The position numbers and the translations under genes were made by a program. Under the pieces are notes generated by a model. That model had not been told where the DNA came from. It was given only the letters and a program-made list of their open reading frames with translations, and made no database searches. A DNA stretch of 63,977 bases, filler included, from Candidatus Rokuibacteriota bacterium (lineage in GTDB: Bacteria > JAUVQV01 > DATDCY01): the NCBI GenBank assembly GCA_031406795.1. It is 7 parts of 7 records of this genome, joined end to end, with 100 filler letters (N's around TTAATTAATTAA, not from the genome) between each part and the next. Parts side by side here need not be neighbours in the genome. Positions count along the whole stretch, not along the records: positions 35,305 to 51,365 come from JANOHV010000135.1; 6 more parts are not named here. One strand, given 5' to 3'. Below are positions 40,304-51,114 of the stretch, one piece after another (position 1 is the stretch's first letter; each line of letters opens with the position of its first letter).

Positions 40304-41446
40304 TTACGGGGCGAGCGCGAACTTGCCGCCCTTGACGGTCAGCAGTTCGAAAGCGTCCATGCCGAGGCCGTTGTGGTCCTCGGCCGAGAAATTGAAGATG
40401 CCGGCGGTGCCGACGAAGCCCTTGAGACCCTCGAGGGCGGCGCGGGCCTTCTCCTTGTCGGGGCCGCCGATTTCGATGGCCTTGACCAGCAGCGTGAAGG
40501 CGTCGTAAGCGTGCCCGCCGAAGGTGCTCGGCGCCTCCTTGGTCGCCGCCTCGTAGTCTTTCTTGTACTTGAGCAGCAGCGACTTCTGCACGTTCGAGTC
40601 GGGAAGGCCCTCGGCGACGAGCAGGCGTCCGGCCGGGAAGAGAATCCCCTCGGCTGCGGGGCCGGCGGCCTCGACGTACTTGATGTTGCCGAAGCCGTGG
40701 CTCTGGTAGAGCGGCACCAGCCAGCCCATCTTGCGCATGCTCACGGGGACCTTGGACTGCGCCGGCTCGATCGACCAGTTGACGACCGCCTGGACATCCT
40801 TGGACTTGAGCTTGGTGACTTCGGCGTCCAGATCGACCGCGTCCTTGTCGTAGCTCTCGGCGATCACGACCTCGATGCCGAACTCGGGCGCGAGCTTCTC
40901 GAGCTGACCCTTGCCGGCATTGCCGAACCCGGTATTGCTCGCGAGCACGCCAATCTTCTTGAGGCCCTTCTTCTTCAGGTCGCCGTAAATCCAGCGCACC
41001 GCGTTCGCATCGTTCTGCGGGGTCTTGAAGACCCACTTCATGATCGGCGTGGTGATCGCCTCGGCGGCGGCGCAGGAGAGCAGCAGCGTCGCGCTCTCGT
41101 CCACGTACTGCTTGATCTTCATCGACTCGCCGCTGGTCGAGGGGCCGAGGATCGCGAAGACCTTCTCCTCCTCAACGAGCTGCTTGGCCAGGGAGACCGC
41201 CTTTTCGGGGTTGGCGCTCGAATCCTTGATCAGCAGTTCGACCTTCATCCCCTTGATGCCGCCGGCCGCGTTGACCTGGGCCACGAGCATTTCCAGCGTC
41301 TTGGCTTCGGGCGCCCCCAGGAACGCCGCCGGGCCGGTGACCGCGAGAATCGCACCGACCTTGATCGTCTCCGCCGCAGCGGCGGGCAGAGCCGCCAACA
41401 GCGCCACGCACATCGAAAGGATCGTCACCTTACGGATCATTCGCAT
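40304..41446 (-). CDS. ABC substrate-binding protein (LivJ/K family)
   Basis: Signal peptide, IKVGAILAVTGPAAFLG, VNAAGGIKG, ILGPSTSG. Confidence 0.9.
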   Translation of the reverse strand: MRMIRKVTILSMCVALLAALPAAAAETIKVGAILAVTGPAAFLGAPEAKTLEMLVAQVNAAGGIKGMKVELLIKDSSANPEKAVSLAKQLVEEEKVFAILGPSTSGESMKIKQYVDESATLLLSCAAAEAITTPIMKWVFKTPQNDANAVRWIYGDLKKKGLKKIGVLASNTGFGNAGKGQLEKLAPEFGIEVVIAESYDKDAVDLDAEVTKLKSKDVQAVVNWSIEPAQSKVPVSMRKMGWLVPLYQSHGFGNIKYVEAAGPAAEGILFPAGRLLVAEGLPDSNVQKSLLLKYKKDYEAATKEAPSTFGGHAYDAFTLLVKAIEIGGPDKEKARAALEGLKGFVGTAGIFNFSAEDHNGLGMDAFELLTVKGGKFALAP

Positions 41447-41518
41447 TGTCCCCTCCTGCCACGATTCCTCAGGGTGGTGCCCCGCGGCGCCATTCGCCGG
41501 GGGTGCCCTGCGGCACAG

Positions 41519-41950
41519 CTAGAGCGCGTACACTTTCTCGCCGGGCAGAATCGAAACCCCGGCCCGCTGGAGCGCGGCGATCGCCTTTTCGGCCTCGTCG
41601 AACCGGAAGATGACCACGGCGTTGTCGGTCCGCTTCTCGACGAAGGCATACATGTACTCGACGTTGATCCCCGCCGCGCCGAGCAGATCGAGGATGTCCG
41701 CCAGGCCCCGGGGACGGTCGGGGATCTCAACGGCCACGACCTCCGTGGTCCCGACCGTGAAGCCGCTGGCCTTGAGCAGCTCGACGGCGCGCTTGTTGTC
41801 GTTGACGATCAGCCGCAGGATGCCGAAATCCGTCGTGTCGGCCAGCGTCAGCGCGCGCAGGTTGATGCCGCCGTCGCCGAGGATGCGGGTCACCTCCGAG
41901 AGGCGACCGGACTTGTTCTCGAGGAATACTGAAATCTGTTCGACCTTCAT
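41519..41950 (-). CDS. Tandem ACT-domain protein
   Basis: [38 protein letters not shown]. Confidence 0.92.
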   Translation of the reverse strand: MKVEQISVFLENKSGRLSEVTRILGDGGINLRALTLADTTDFGILRLIVNDNKRAVELLKASGFTVGTTEVVAVEIPDRPRGLADILDLLGAAGINVEYMYAFVEKRTDNAVVIFRFDEAEKAIAALQRAGVSILPGEKVYAL

Positions 41951-41993
41951 CGTTCTCTCCCTGGGGGACAGATTGAAATCAGTCCCCGGACCG

Positions 41994-43298
41994 TCAGCCG
42001 TTCAACTTCCGGTTGTCGATCACGCGCCGGGCCTTGCCCTCGCTGCGCTGGATCGACTTGGGTTCCACCAGCTTCACCTTGGCGGTGACGCCGAAGTAGT
42101 CCTTGATGTCGTTCTCGATGCGCCGGGCGAGCGTTTCGAGCTGCTTAACCTCGTCGCTGAAAATCCCTTCGGTCATCTCGACCTGGATCTCCAGGGTGTC
42201 CATCTGGCCGACGCGATCGACGATCAGCTGATAGTGCGGCTCGACACCGGGCAATCCGACGAGGATGCTCTCGATCTGCGAGGGGAAGACGTTCACGCCG
42301 CGGATGATCAGCATGTCGTCGGTGCGGCCGGTGACGCGCACCATGCGCGCGAGCGTCCGGCCGCAGCCGCAGGGGGCGGTGTCCAGCGCCGTGATGTCCC
42401 GCGTGCGGTAGCGGATGACGGGGAAGGCCTCCTTGGTCAGCGAGGTGAACACCAGTTCGCCGCACGCCCCGGGGGCCACCGGCGCGCCGGTGTCGGGATC
42501 GATGATCTCGGCGATGAAATGATCCTCGAAGATGTGCGGCCCGTTCTTGGCCAGGCACTCCATGGCCACTCCGGGGCCCATGACCTCGGAGAGGCCGTAG
42601 ATATCCAGCGCGACCAGGTTCAGCTGTTTCTCGATCTCGCGGCGCATCGCCTCCGACCAGGGCTCGGCGCCGAAAATGCCGACGCGCAGCTTCAGCGAGG
42701 ACGGGTCGACGCCGAGTTCCCGCATCGTCTCCGCCATGTTCAGCGCGTACGACGGCGTGCAGGTCAGCACGGTCGCGCCGAAGTCCTGCAGGATCATGAT
42801 CTGCCGCTTGGTGTTGCCGCCGGAGATCGGGATGACCGTCGTGCCGAGCCGCTCCGCGCCGTAGTGCACACCGAGCCCGCCGGTGAACAGGCCGTACCCG
42901 TACGCATTGTGGACGATGTCGCCGCGCCCGACGCCGGCACACATCAGCGATCGCGCGCAGATCTCCGCCCAGGTCTCGATGTCGCGCCGGGTGTAGCCGA
43001 CCACCGTCATCTTTCCCGTCGTTCCCGACGAGGCGTGGATGCGCGCGACGTCGGCCAGCGGGACCGCGAACAGGCCGAAGGGGTAGTGGTCGCGCAGATC
43101 CTGCTTGGTGGTGAACGGCAGCCGCCGCACGTCCTCGAGACTGCGGATGTCGGCGGCGGTGATCCCTGCGGCGCGCAACTGCTCGCGGTAAAACGGCACG
43201 GACTGCGTAACGCGGTCGATCGTGGAGCGCAACCGCTCCAGTTGCAGCTGCTCGAGCTGCGCTCGCGGGAGCGTGTCGTGGGGGTGGGTTGCCTGCAT
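41994..43298 (-). CDS. paaK: Phenylacetate-CoA ligase
   Basis: [50 protein letters not shown]. Confidence 0.93.
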   Translation of the reverse strand: MQATHPHDTLPRAQLEQLQLERLRSTIDRVTQSVPFYREQLRAAGITAADIRSLEDVRRLPFTTKQDLRDHYPFGLFAVPLADVARIHASSGTTGKMTVVGYTRRDIETWAEICARSLMCAGVGRGDIVHNAYGYGLFTGGLGVHYGAERLGTTVIPISGGNTKRQIMILQDFGATVLTCTPSYALNMAETMRELGVDPSSLKLRVGIFGAEPWSEAMRREIEKQLNLVALDIYGLSEVMGPGVAMECLAKNGPHIFEDHFIAEIIDPDTGAPVAPGACGELVFTSLTKEAFPVIRYRTRDITALDTAPCGCGRTLARMVRVTGRTDDMLIIRGVNVFPSQIESILVGLPGVEPHYQLIVDRVGQMDTLEIQVEMTEGIFSDEVKQLETLARRIENDIKDYFGVTAKVKLVEPKSIQRSEGKARRVIDNRKLNG

Positions 43299-43407
43299 CT
43301 GTGTCGCCTCCGGTGGGCGGCCCGCGTCGGGGCGCGGCCGGAACCACCCGTCTTGTCTGCGCTGCCTTAACCTGTCCGCTGGATGTTAACGGTAGCCACC
43401 CGGGGTG

Positions 43408-44004
43408 TCAACGAACCCGGGGAGGCTCGCGCGTCCCGCGGCCGAGCGCGAACGCCCGCAGATTCAGATCGAGCAGACGCGCGGGGATCTGGTGCCGCAG
43501 CGCCTCCTCCCAAAGCTCGGGAGCGAACGGCATGATCGCGGAGAGCGCCCCGAGGATCACGGCGTTCACCGCCTTGGCATTGCCGGCGGCCAGAGCGATG
43601 GCGTGTCCCTCGACGAAGCTGCAGCGCACTCCCGTGGCCTGCAGGCGGGTCTCGATGTCGGCGGGATACACCGCCTTCCCGACGCCGACCGGCAGCGGCG
43701 CGATCTGCTGGTTGTTGACGAGCACCACGGAGCCCGCGTGCAGAAAGTCGAGATAGCGCAGGGTCTCCAGACGTTCGAACGAAACCAGGTAGTCGGCGGC
43801 GCCGCGGGAAATCAGCGGCGAGAAGACCTCCGCGCCCAGCCGCAGGTGCGAGACCACGCTGCCACCGCGCTGGGCCATCCCGTGGACTTCGCTCTTCTTG
43901 ACTTCGAAACCGGCGAGGGCGGCGACCTCCGCGAGAACTTCGCTGCCGAGGAGCACCCCCTGGCCGCCGACGCCGGCCAGCAGGACATTGGTCGTGCCGC
44001 TCAT
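43408..44004 (-). CDS. iorB: Indolepyruvate:ferredoxin oxidoreductase beta subunit
   Basis: GVGGQG, SEVHGMAQRGGSV, N.VILGA, NLRAFALG. Confidence 0.93.
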   Translation of the reverse strand: MSGTTNVLLAGVGGQGVLLGSEVLAEVAALAGFEVKKSEVHGMAQRGGSVVSHLRLGAEVFSPLISRGAADYLVSFERLETLRYLDFLHAGSVVLVNNQQIAPLPVGVGKAVYPADIETRLQATGVRCSFVEGHAIALAAGNAKAVNAVILGALSAIMPFAPELWEEALRHQIPARLLDLNLRAFALGRGTREPPRVR

Positions 44005-45770
44005 CGCGGGCCTCCCGAAAGCGGGGAGAACGCGCCGCGATCGCAGTGCGCAGCGCACACGCCGCAGCCCGTGCAGAGCGCCGGGTCGACCACGGCCCGG
44101 GCCTCCTTCCCCGCACCGGTGAGCGCGAGCGCCGGGCAGGCGACCACGAGGCAGCGGCGGCACCCGTCGCACTTCACCGGATCGACGACGAGCACGGGCC
44201 CGTGCGGCGCGCGCGTGAGCAGCACGCAGGCGCCGCGGTTGACGAGCAGCGCGGGGCCCGGAGTCGCCAGCAGGCGGTCGAGTTCAGCACCGAGGCGCGG
44301 CAGGTCGTACGCGTCGGTCTGGACGACTTCGGGGATGCCCATGGCGCGGCCGATCGCCGCGATGGAGACCTCGGCGCTCGGCTCACCGGCCAGAGTCCGG
44401 CCGGTTCCGGGATGCTCCTGGCGTCCGGTCATCGCGGTGGTCCGGTTGTCGAGAACGATCGTCAACGTGTGCGCGTGGTTGTAGACGAGATCGACCAGCG
44501 GGGTGAGCCCCGAGTGGAAGAAGGTCCCGTCCCCGATGACCGCGACGACCTGGCGTCGCTCCCCGGGTGGCAGCCCGCGCTCGATGCCGTGCGCCACCCC
44601 GAGGCTCGCCCCCATGCACAGGCAGGTGTCGAGGGCGGACAGCGGCGGCAGCGCCGCGAGCGTGTAGCAGCCGATGTCGCCGGAGACGATGACCCGGCGG
44701 GTCTTGAGCAGCGAGAAAATTCCGCGGTGCGGGCAGCCCGGGCAGAGCACGGGCGGGCGGCCGGGCAGATCGCTGGGGCAGCAGGCGAGTGCCGGCGGTG
44801 CGCCGCCGCCCCAGGCCTCGGCGACCAGCGTGGGGTTGAGCTCACCGACCAGCGAACGGGTCGAGGCGCCTTCGACGGCGATGCCCCAGGAGCGGATCTG
44901 TTCCTCGAGAAACGGGTCGAGCTCTTCGACGACGATGACGCGCTCGTGGCGGGCGGCGAAAGCCTCGATGCGCTTGCGCGGCAGCGGCCAGCACATGCCG
45001 AGTTTCAGAAACGACGCGCCAGGGAAGGCTTCGCGCGCGTACTGGTAGGCGATGCCGGCGGCGATGATGCCCGGCTCGCCGCTGCGACCGGGTATCTCGC
45101 GGTTCAGGTCGGAGGTTTCGGCCAGCGCGACGAGCTTCAGGGTCCGCTCCTCGACGAGGCGGTGACGCCGCCGGCCGAATTCCGGGACCATCACGAGCTT
45201 CTCCGGCTCGCGCGTGAAGCGCTTCTCCACCGGTGAGGCGCTGCGAGTGCCGAAGCTGACCCGCCCCTTGGCGTGCGAGAGCCGGGTCACGCTGCGCAGC
45301 ATGACGGGTGTGTCGAACTCCTCGCTCAACGCGAAGGCGCGCATCGTGAAATCGCGTGCTTCCTGGCTGTCCGCCGGCTCGAGCATCGGCACCTTCGCGA
45401 ACCGGGCGTAGTGGCGGTTGTCCTGCTCGTTCTGGCTGGAGAACAGGTGAGGATCGTCGGCGGAGACGAGGACCAGCCCGCCGCGCACTCCGGTGTACGA
45501 GAGCGTGAAGAGCGGGTCGGCCGCGACGTTGACGCCGACGTGCTTCATCGTGACCAGGACGCGGGCGCCGCACCACGACGCCCCGATCCCGACTTCCAGG
45601 GCGACTTTCTCGTTCACCGACCACTGACAGCGCGGGCCGGGCAGCGTCGCGAGCACCTCGAGGATCTCCGTGCTCGGCGTGCCGGGATACCCGGTGGCGA
45701 AATCGACGCCGGCCTCCCAGGCCCCGCGAGCGATGGCCTCGTTGCCGGAGAGCAGCGCGGCGCTCGTCAC
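44001..45770 (-). CDS. iorA: Indolepyruvate:ferredoxin oxidoreductase alpha subunit
   Basis: GNEAIARG, YPGTPSTEI, NEKVA, MKHVG.NVAAD, LCPGCPH, GDIGCY, two C-terminal 4Fe-4S motifs. Confidence 0.95.
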   Translation of the reverse strand: MTSAALLSGNEAIARGAWEAGVDFATGYPGTPSTEILEVLATLPGPRCQWSVNEKVALEVGIGASWCGARVLVTMKHVGVNVAADPLFTLSYTGVRGGLVLVSADDPHLFSSQNEQDNRHYARFAKVPMLEPADSQEARDFTMRAFALSEEFDTPVMLRSVTRLSHAKGRVSFGTRSASPVEKRFTREPEKLVMVPEFGRRRHRLVEERTLKLVALAETSDLNREIPGRSGEPGIIAAGIAYQYAREAFPGASFLKLGMCWPLPRKRIEAFAARHERVIVVEELDPFLEEQIRSWGIAVEGASTRSLVGELNPTLVAEAWGGGAPPALACCPSDLPGRPPVLCPGCPHRGIFSLLKTRRVIVSGDIGCYTLAALPPLSALDTCLCMGASLGVAHGIERGLPPGERRQVVAVIGDGTFFHSGLTPLVDLVYNHAHTLTIVLDNRTTAMTGRQEHPGTGRTLAGEPSAEVSIAAIGRAMGIPEVVQTDAYDLPRLGAELDRLLATPGPALLVNRGACVLLTRAPHGPVLVVDPVKCDGCRRCLVVACPALALTGAGKEARAVVDPALCTGCGVCAAHCDRGAFSPLSGGPR

Positions 45771-46471
45771 GATGCGGACGGCCCCAACTCGGCCAGTAGA
45801 CGCAGCCGGTCCTTGGCCGTGGCCGTCCACGAACCGTCCGGGTGTTCGGCAAGAAGGTCCTGGTAGACGCGGCGGGCCTCCGCCGGCCGGCCCTTCTTCT
45901 CGTGGATCGCCGCGATTTCCAGCATGATCTGCGCCCGGGCAACCGCCCCGCCCTGCGTCTTGAGCAGTTCCTGGAACGCCGTCAGCGCCGCGTCTGTGGC
46001 CCCGCTGCCAAGGTCGAGATAGGCCAGCGCCTGTCGCGCCAGCATCGCGAGTTCGCTCTGCCGCTGAGCGCCGCCCGCCAGCGCGGTGTAAGCCTGCCGC
46101 GCCTTCTCGGTCTCGCCGGCGGCCGCGTAGGCTCCGGCCAGGAAGAACCGGGCGACGTCTCCCTCGGGCGAGCCGCCGTAGCGCTCGGCGAGCGTGCCCA
46201 GTTCCTGCCGCAGATCGGCGGGGATCGCGCCGGCCGGCGCCTGGGTGTAGCGCGCGACGGCGGTGGCGACCGCGGTCGCGCGCTGCCCGTGCGACCGCTC
46301 GACATAGGCCTTGACGCCGACCGCCAGCAGGACGACCGCGGCGACGCCGCCCGCGAACATCGCCGTCTTCCGACGGTTCTCGTGCGCCCAGAGCCAGATC
46401 TGCTGCGAGAGGCTGAGAAATTCGTCGGGTTCCTGCAGGAGTTTCTTGCGTGAGATCTTTTCGCGTGACAT
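45767..46471 (-). CDS. YfgM-like membrane-anchored TPR protein
   Basis: RKKLLQEPDEF, one TM, TPR helices ending YQDLLAEHPDGSW. Confidence 0.8.
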   Translation of the reverse strand: MSREKISRKKLLQEPDEFLSLSQQIWLWAHENRRKTAMFAGGVAAVVLLAVGVKAYVERSHGQRATAVATAVARYTQAPAGAIPADLRQELGTLAERYGGSPEGDVARFFLAGAYAAAGETEKARQAYTALAGGAQRQSELAMLARQALAYLDLGSGATDAALTAFQELLKTQGGAVARAQIMLEIAAIHEKKGRPAEARRVYQDLLAEHPDGSWTATAKDRLRLLAELGPSAS

Positions 46472-46498
46472 CGCTTGTCGTGCTCCCTCTTGCCGGTG

Positions 46499-47155
46499 TT
46501 AAGTTCGTGCCGCGAGTCTGAGCGCAAGGCGCTCGGCCTCGCGAAACATACCCGCGACCGCCCGTTCCGTCAGCCCGGCGCCGCGGGCAACCCGCGCCGC
46601 CGTCTCCCGCTGGATGAGATCGCCCGGGCTGTGGGCGTCGCTGTTGACCGTCAGGTTCGCGCCGGCGCGCAGCGCGGCCGCCGCGACGTGGCCGTTGGTC
46701 AGACAGTGCCCGCGCCGCGCTGAAATCTCGAGGGTCACCCCCCGGCGCGCCGCCTGGCGCGCGTCCTTCGCCGAAATCAGCCCCGGGTGCGCGAGGATGT
46801 CACAGCCGCCGGCAATGGCCATGGCGTTCGTCCCCTCCGGGACCGGCTCGACGATCGTCTCGCCATGAACGACGACTACCTTGGCGCCCATCCGCCTGGC
46901 TTCGCGGATAAGTTCAGGGAGCAGTTCGGGCGGATTGTGGGTCAGTTCGGCGCCCGGAAGCACCCGGACTTTCCAGTACCGGGCAACCTCGGCCGCAGCC
47001 GCCACGGCGCCGCGGATGGCGTGCTCGAGGGTCGAGCCGTCGACGTGGTCCGTGATCGCGATCCAGCGGTAACCCAGCCGGTCGGCGCGCCGCGTCAACT
47101 CCGCAGGCACCAGCTCGCCGTCGGAAAAGAGCGTATGGGTGTGAAGATCGATCAT
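46499..47155 (-). CDS. PHP-domain protein (histidinol-phosphatase-like family)
   Basis: DLHTHT..SDG, ITDH, VHGET, LAHPG, NSDAH. Confidence 0.9.
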   Translation of the reverse strand: MIDLHTHTLFSDGELVPAELTRRADRLGYRWIAITDHVDGSTLEHAIRGAVAAAAEVARYWKVRVLPGAELTHNPPELLPELIREARRMGAKVVVVHGETIVEPVPEGTNAMAIAGGCDILAHPGLISAKDARQAARRGVTLEISARRGHCLTNGHVAAAALRAGANLTVNSDAHSPGDLIQRETAARVARGAGLTERAVAGMFREAERLALRLAART

Positions 47156-47191
47156 CCTGGTTTCCTTGTCATCGTCGCTTGTCGCGGCCTC

Positions 47192-47268
47192 TGGTGCCCC
47201 CGGCGTGACTCGAACACGCGGCCTACAGATTAGGAATCTGCCGCTCTATCCACCTGAGCTACGGGGGC
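47192..47268 (-). tRNA. tRNA-Arg(CCT)
   Basis: GCCCCCG..GCAGA-TTCCTAA-TCTGT..GCGTG-TTCGAGT-CACGC-CGGGGGC-ACCA. Confidence 0.96.
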
Positions 47269-47275
47269 ATTGCGG

Positions 47276-47791
47276 CTAGAACTGGATCAGCGAGAAGACC
47301 GGGTGCCCGACCTTCTCGCGGCCGTGGAGGAAGAGCAGTTCGACCAGAAAGGCGCATTCGACGATGGAGCCGCCCTGCTGCTCCACCAGCCGGATCGCGG
47401 CGTTCACGGTGCCGCCGGTCGCGAGCAGATCGTCGGCGATCACGACCCGCTGGCCGCGGGAGATCGAGTCCTGGTGAATTTCGAGGGTGTCCGTCCCGTA
47501 TTCGAGCTCGTAGATCGTGCGATGGGTCTTGTAGGGAAGCTTTCCCGGTTTGCGGATCAGGATGACGCCGGCGCCGAGGCGGTACGCCAAGGCCGCGCCG
47601 ATGACGAACCCGCGCGCTTCGACGCCGACGACGACGTCGATCTTCTTCCCGACGTAACGCGCGGCGACCAGATCGACCGCCTTGCCGAAACCCGCCGGGT
47701 CGCGCAGCAGCGGCGTCAAATCCTTGAAGTCGATCCCCGGCTTCGGGAAATCGGGGATGTCGCGTATCAGGCGCTTGAGCTGCTCGGTCAT
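47276..47791 (-). CDS. apt: Adenine phosphoribosyltransferase
   Basis: [37 protein letters not shown]. Confidence 0.96.
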   Translation of the reverse strand: MTEQLKRLIRDIPDFPKPGIDFKDLTPLLRDPAGFGKAVDLVAARYVGKKIDVVVGVEARGFVIGAALAYRLGAGVILIRKPGKLPYKTHRTIYELEYGTDTLEIHQDSISRGQRVVIADDLLATGGTVNAAIRLVEQQGGSIVECAFLVELLFLHGREKVGHPVFSLIQF

Positions 47792-47814
47792 GCTGCCCCC
47801 CCAGACTCACAAAA

Positions 47815-47891
47815 TGGTCGGGACGAGAGGATTTGAACCTCCGACCCCTGGTTCCCGAAACCAGTGCGCTACCAGACTGCGCTACGTCCCG
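47815..47891 (-). tRNA. tRNA-Pro(CGG)
   Basis: CGGGACG-TAGCGCAGTCTGGTAGCGC..CTGGT-TTCGGGA-ACCAG..GGTTCAAATCC..CGTCCCG-ACCA. Confidence 0.97.
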
Positions 47892-49528
47892 ACTGCAGCT
47901 GCCTCAATCTCCAAACGGTGAATCTCCGCGTCATTATGGAGCAACTCGAGGAAATGTTCAACCACCAAAGGATCGAATTGCGAGCCGGAACACCGCTCCA
48001 GTTCGGCGATCGCCTCGCACTTCGGCAGCGGCTTGCGATACGGCCGCTCGGTGATCATCGCGTCGTACGCGTCGGCGACGGCGAGGATCCGCGCCTCGGG
48101 AGCGATCTGCTCGCCGGTGAGGCCCCGCGGATAGCCGCGGCCGTCATACTGCTCGTGGTGCTGGGCGATTGCCGGCAGCGCGTCCGCGAGAAACCCGATG
48201 GGCCTGATGATCCGCTCGCCGATCAGCGGATGGTTCTTGATCACGGTGAATTCCTCGGCGGTCAGGCGCCCCCGCTTCTGAATGATCGCCAGGTCGATGC
48301 CGATCTTGCCGATGTCGTGGAGCACCCCGGCGTATTCGATCATCCGGACGTGCCGCGGGGCGAGACCCATGGCGTTCGCGATCTTGACGCTGAAAGCGGT
48401 CACGCGTTCGGAGTGGCCGCGGGTATAGCGGTCCTTCTCCTCGACGGCCTGAACCAGGGCGAGGACGGTTTCGAGGTAGCTGCGCTGGACATCACGGTAG
48501 AGGTTCGCGTTCTCGATGGCGACCGCCGCCTGATTGGCGATGGATTGCAGCATCTCGAGATCGTCGATGGAGAAACTCTCGCCGCCGCGCCGGTTGGTGA
48601 GTTCGATCGTGCCGAGAACCCGGGCTTTCATCTTGATCGGCACGCACAGCACCGAGCGCCGGGTGAAACCGAATCGGCTGAGGGGTTTGATCGCCTGAGT
48701 GCCGTCGACGTGGCGGATCAGCAGCGCCTGCCCGCTCGCGGCGACGATCCCGGAGACGCTCTCTCCCGAAGCGACGAACAGCGACTGGTCCGCGTCGGCG
48801 GGGAGGCCGCTGGAGGCGCGGACGATGAGGTGCTCGCAGCGCTCGTCGAACAGCAGGATCGAGCCGATTTCGACCCGCAGTCCTTTGACCGAGATGTTGA
48901 TGAGCAGCTGCACGAGGCGGTCGATGTCGAGCTCCGAGGAGAGCGCGACGCCGACGCGGTTGAGCGCCGAGATGTTCTTGACCGCCTTTTCGAGCAGCAG
49001 GTTCCGGTCCTCGAGCTGGAGCGCGAGGCGGTTGATCCGCTCGTTGGCTTCGTCGAGCGCCTCGACGCGGCTGTTCAGCAGCCCGTTCATCTCTTCGAGT
49101 TCCCCGCGGTAGCGCTCCTCGCGCAGTGCGGCGAGCAGTTCACGCTCCGCGACGATCTCGATAGCGTGGGCCCGGCGCACTTCGCCGAGCATCCGGTCGA
49201 ACTGGCGGTGCAGCCTCTCGATTTCGTCTCCAGCCGGTTCGCCGCCGTCCAGATCCGCCGCCGCCGCGGCGCGGAACCGCTCGTGGAGGCGATCGAGCGG
49301 CTCGACGACGCTGCGCAGAACGAACAGGCGGGCGAGGACGAAGAGGCCGATCACGATCAAGCCGGCGAGGACGAGCCGCAGGAGGAACGCGGGCGCAGGA
49401 CCCCGGGTATCGAGCGCCAGCGGGAGGATCAGCGCCAGGCCGGCGATGGCGAGACAGAGCGCGCCGGCAATGAAGAGTGAAACCCGCCACCGGAGGCTGC
49501 GAAAGAGCTGCGGGCGTCGCTCTCCCAT
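47882..49528 (-). CDS. Membrane HAMP-GAF-HD-GYP cyclic-dinucleotide phosphodiesterase
   Basis: Two TMs, [40 protein letters not shown]. Confidence 0.92.
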   Translation of the reverse strand: MGERRPQLFRSLRWRVSLFIAGALCLAIAGLALILPLALDTRGPAPAFLLRLVLAGLIVIGLFVLARLFVLRSVVEPLDRLHERFRAAAAADLDGGEPAGDEIERLHRQFDRMLGEVRRAHAIEIVAERELLAALREERYRGELEEMNGLLNSRVEALDEANERINRLALQLEDRNLLLEKAVKNISALNRVGVALSSELDIDRLVQLLINISVKGLRVEIGSILLFDERCEHLIVRASSGLPADADQSLFVASGESVSGIVAASGQALLIRHVDGTQAIKPLSRFGFTRRSVLCVPIKMKARVLGTIELTNRRGGESFSIDDLEMLQSIANQAAVAIENANLYRDVQRSYLETVLALVQAVEEKDRYTRGHSERVTAFSVKIANAMGLAPRHVRMIEYAGVLHDIGKIGIDLAIIQKRGRLTAEEFTVIKNHPLIGERIIRPIGFLADALPAIAQHHEQYDGRGYPRGLTGEQIAPEARILAVADAYDAMITERPYRKPLPKCEAIAELERCSGSQFDPLVVEHFLELLHNDAEIHRLEIEAAAVGT

Positions 49529-49530
49529 CG

Positions 49531-51027
49531 TCAGTGGGTGGCGTGCCAGGCTTGCACCCGGTTGCGCCCCAGGTGTTTCGCCCGGTACAGGGCCAGGTCC
49601 GCTCGTCGGACGAGGTCCGCGGCGTGCAGAACGTCTTCGGGGTACGCGGCGACGCCGAGGCTGACGGTCAGACGTCCGCCCGGGAGCACCTCCTCGCCCT
49701 CGCAGCGACGCCGCTCCACCGTGCGGCAGAGCCGCTTGGCAAGAGCCGTGGCCTGACGCTTGTCGGTCTGCGGGAGCACGAAGGCGAATTCCTCGCCGCC
49801 GTAGCGGGCAACCAGATCGTTCTGGCGCGCGGCGGCCTTGAAGATTCCGGCGAGGGACTGCAGCAAGGCGTCGCCCGCCTGGTGCCCGAGGGCGTCGTTG
49901 TAGGACTTGAAGTGATCGATGTCCACGAGCACGAGCGAGATCGGGTGACCGTAGCGGCGGGCGCGGTTGACTTCCGCCGCGAGCGCTTCGTGGAAGTGCT
50001 TGTGGTTGTAGAGACCCGTGAGTCCGTCGGTGATGGCCATGCGGATCTGCTCGCCGTAGAGCCGGGCGTTGTCGACGGCGATGGAGACCGTGCCGGCGAA
50101 CGTGGAGAGAAATCGCAGTTCTTCCGGTTCGTACCCGCGCGGCCGGCGGTGGTACAGCGTCATGACGCCGATGCAGCGGCCGCGGACGAGCAGCGGCAGG
50201 CAGAGCAGCGAGCGCAGGCCCTCGTGCGCGAGCAGTTCCCCCTTGAGGTAGACGTCGTCCCGGGCGGCGTCGAGGATGTGCACCGGTTCGCCGGTAAGGG
50301 CCGCGCGGCCGGCGGCCGAAGAGCCGAGCGGCACGGGACCGCGGCGGCAGTACTCCTCGCCGAGACCGGCGTGGGCCGCCAGCTCCAGCCGCTCCCCGGA
50401 GTCGTCGACGAGCCGCACCGAGGAGGCCGGCGCCTGGAAGAGCTCCGCGGCGAGACGAAGCACGGTCGCCAGGACATCGCTCAGGGCGAGCTGGGAGGTG
50501 AGAATGCCGGCGGCCTCGTACAGCGTGCTCGTCTCCGACATGCGCCGGTTGAGCTGATCCATGCGCTTCTCAAGCAGGGCGTTCTTCGCGGCCAGGTCGC
50601 GCGTGATGTCGCGATAGAGCCGGCTCGAGCGGAAGCGGCGATCTTCGATCGCCTGGAGCACCACCGCGGCGATCTTCCGCGGCTCGAAGGGCTTGACGAG
50701 ATAGTCAACCGCCCCGGCCTTCATGATTTCGACGGCGACGCGCTCGTTGCCCTGCCCGGTGACGGCGACGCACGCCAGGTGGGGATCCGCGGCGCGCGCG
50801 AGCCGGATCAGCTCGAGCCCGTTCATGTCCGGGAGCTGGAAATCGATCAGCGCGGCGGCTGGCGCGAGCTGTCGCTGCAGGGAGAGGGCCTCGGCGCCGG
50901 AGCGCGCCGCGGTCACCGCCCACCCCTCATGCCGCAGCGTCAGCGTGAGCAGTTCGCGGATGTCGTCGTCGTCGTCGACGACAAGCACCCGCTCGGGCGA
51001 CTCGCCGTGCGGCATCGCATCGTTCAT
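49531..51027 (-). CDS. REC-GAF-GGDEF diguanylate cyclase
   Basis: Receiver, GAF, TDGLTGLYN, DIDHFK, RQND (I-site) then ARYGGEEF. Confidence 0.94.
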   Translation of the reverse strand: MNDAMPHGESPERVLVVDDDDDIRELLTLTLRHEGWAVTAARSGAEALSLQRQLAPAAALIDFQLPDMNGLELIRLARAADPHLACVAVTGQGNERVAVEIMKAGAVDYLVKPFEPRKIAAVVLQAIEDRRFRSSRLYRDITRDLAAKNALLEKRMDQLNRRMSETSTLYEAAGILTSQLALSDVLATVLRLAAELFQAPASSVRLVDDSGERLELAAHAGLGEEYCRRGPVPLGSSAAGRAALTGEPVHILDAARDDVYLKGELLAHEGLRSLLCLPLLVRGRCIGVMTLYHRRPRGYEPEELRFLSTFAGTVSIAVDNARLYGEQIRMAITDGLTGLYNHKHFHEALAAEVNRARRYGHPISLVLVDIDHFKSYNDALGHQAGDALLQSLAGIFKAAARQNDLVARYGGEEFAFVLPQTDKRQATALAKRLCRTVERRRCEGEEVLPGGRLTVSLGVAAYPEDVLHAADLVRRADLALYRAKHLGRNRVQAWHATH

Positions 51028-51114
51028 GGCAGATGATTATAACGCGCAACGCGCGATGACGCCATGAGTTCAGAGTGCGGGGAAGTGTGCTCTGCTGCCC
51101 AGGCACGTCACGGA

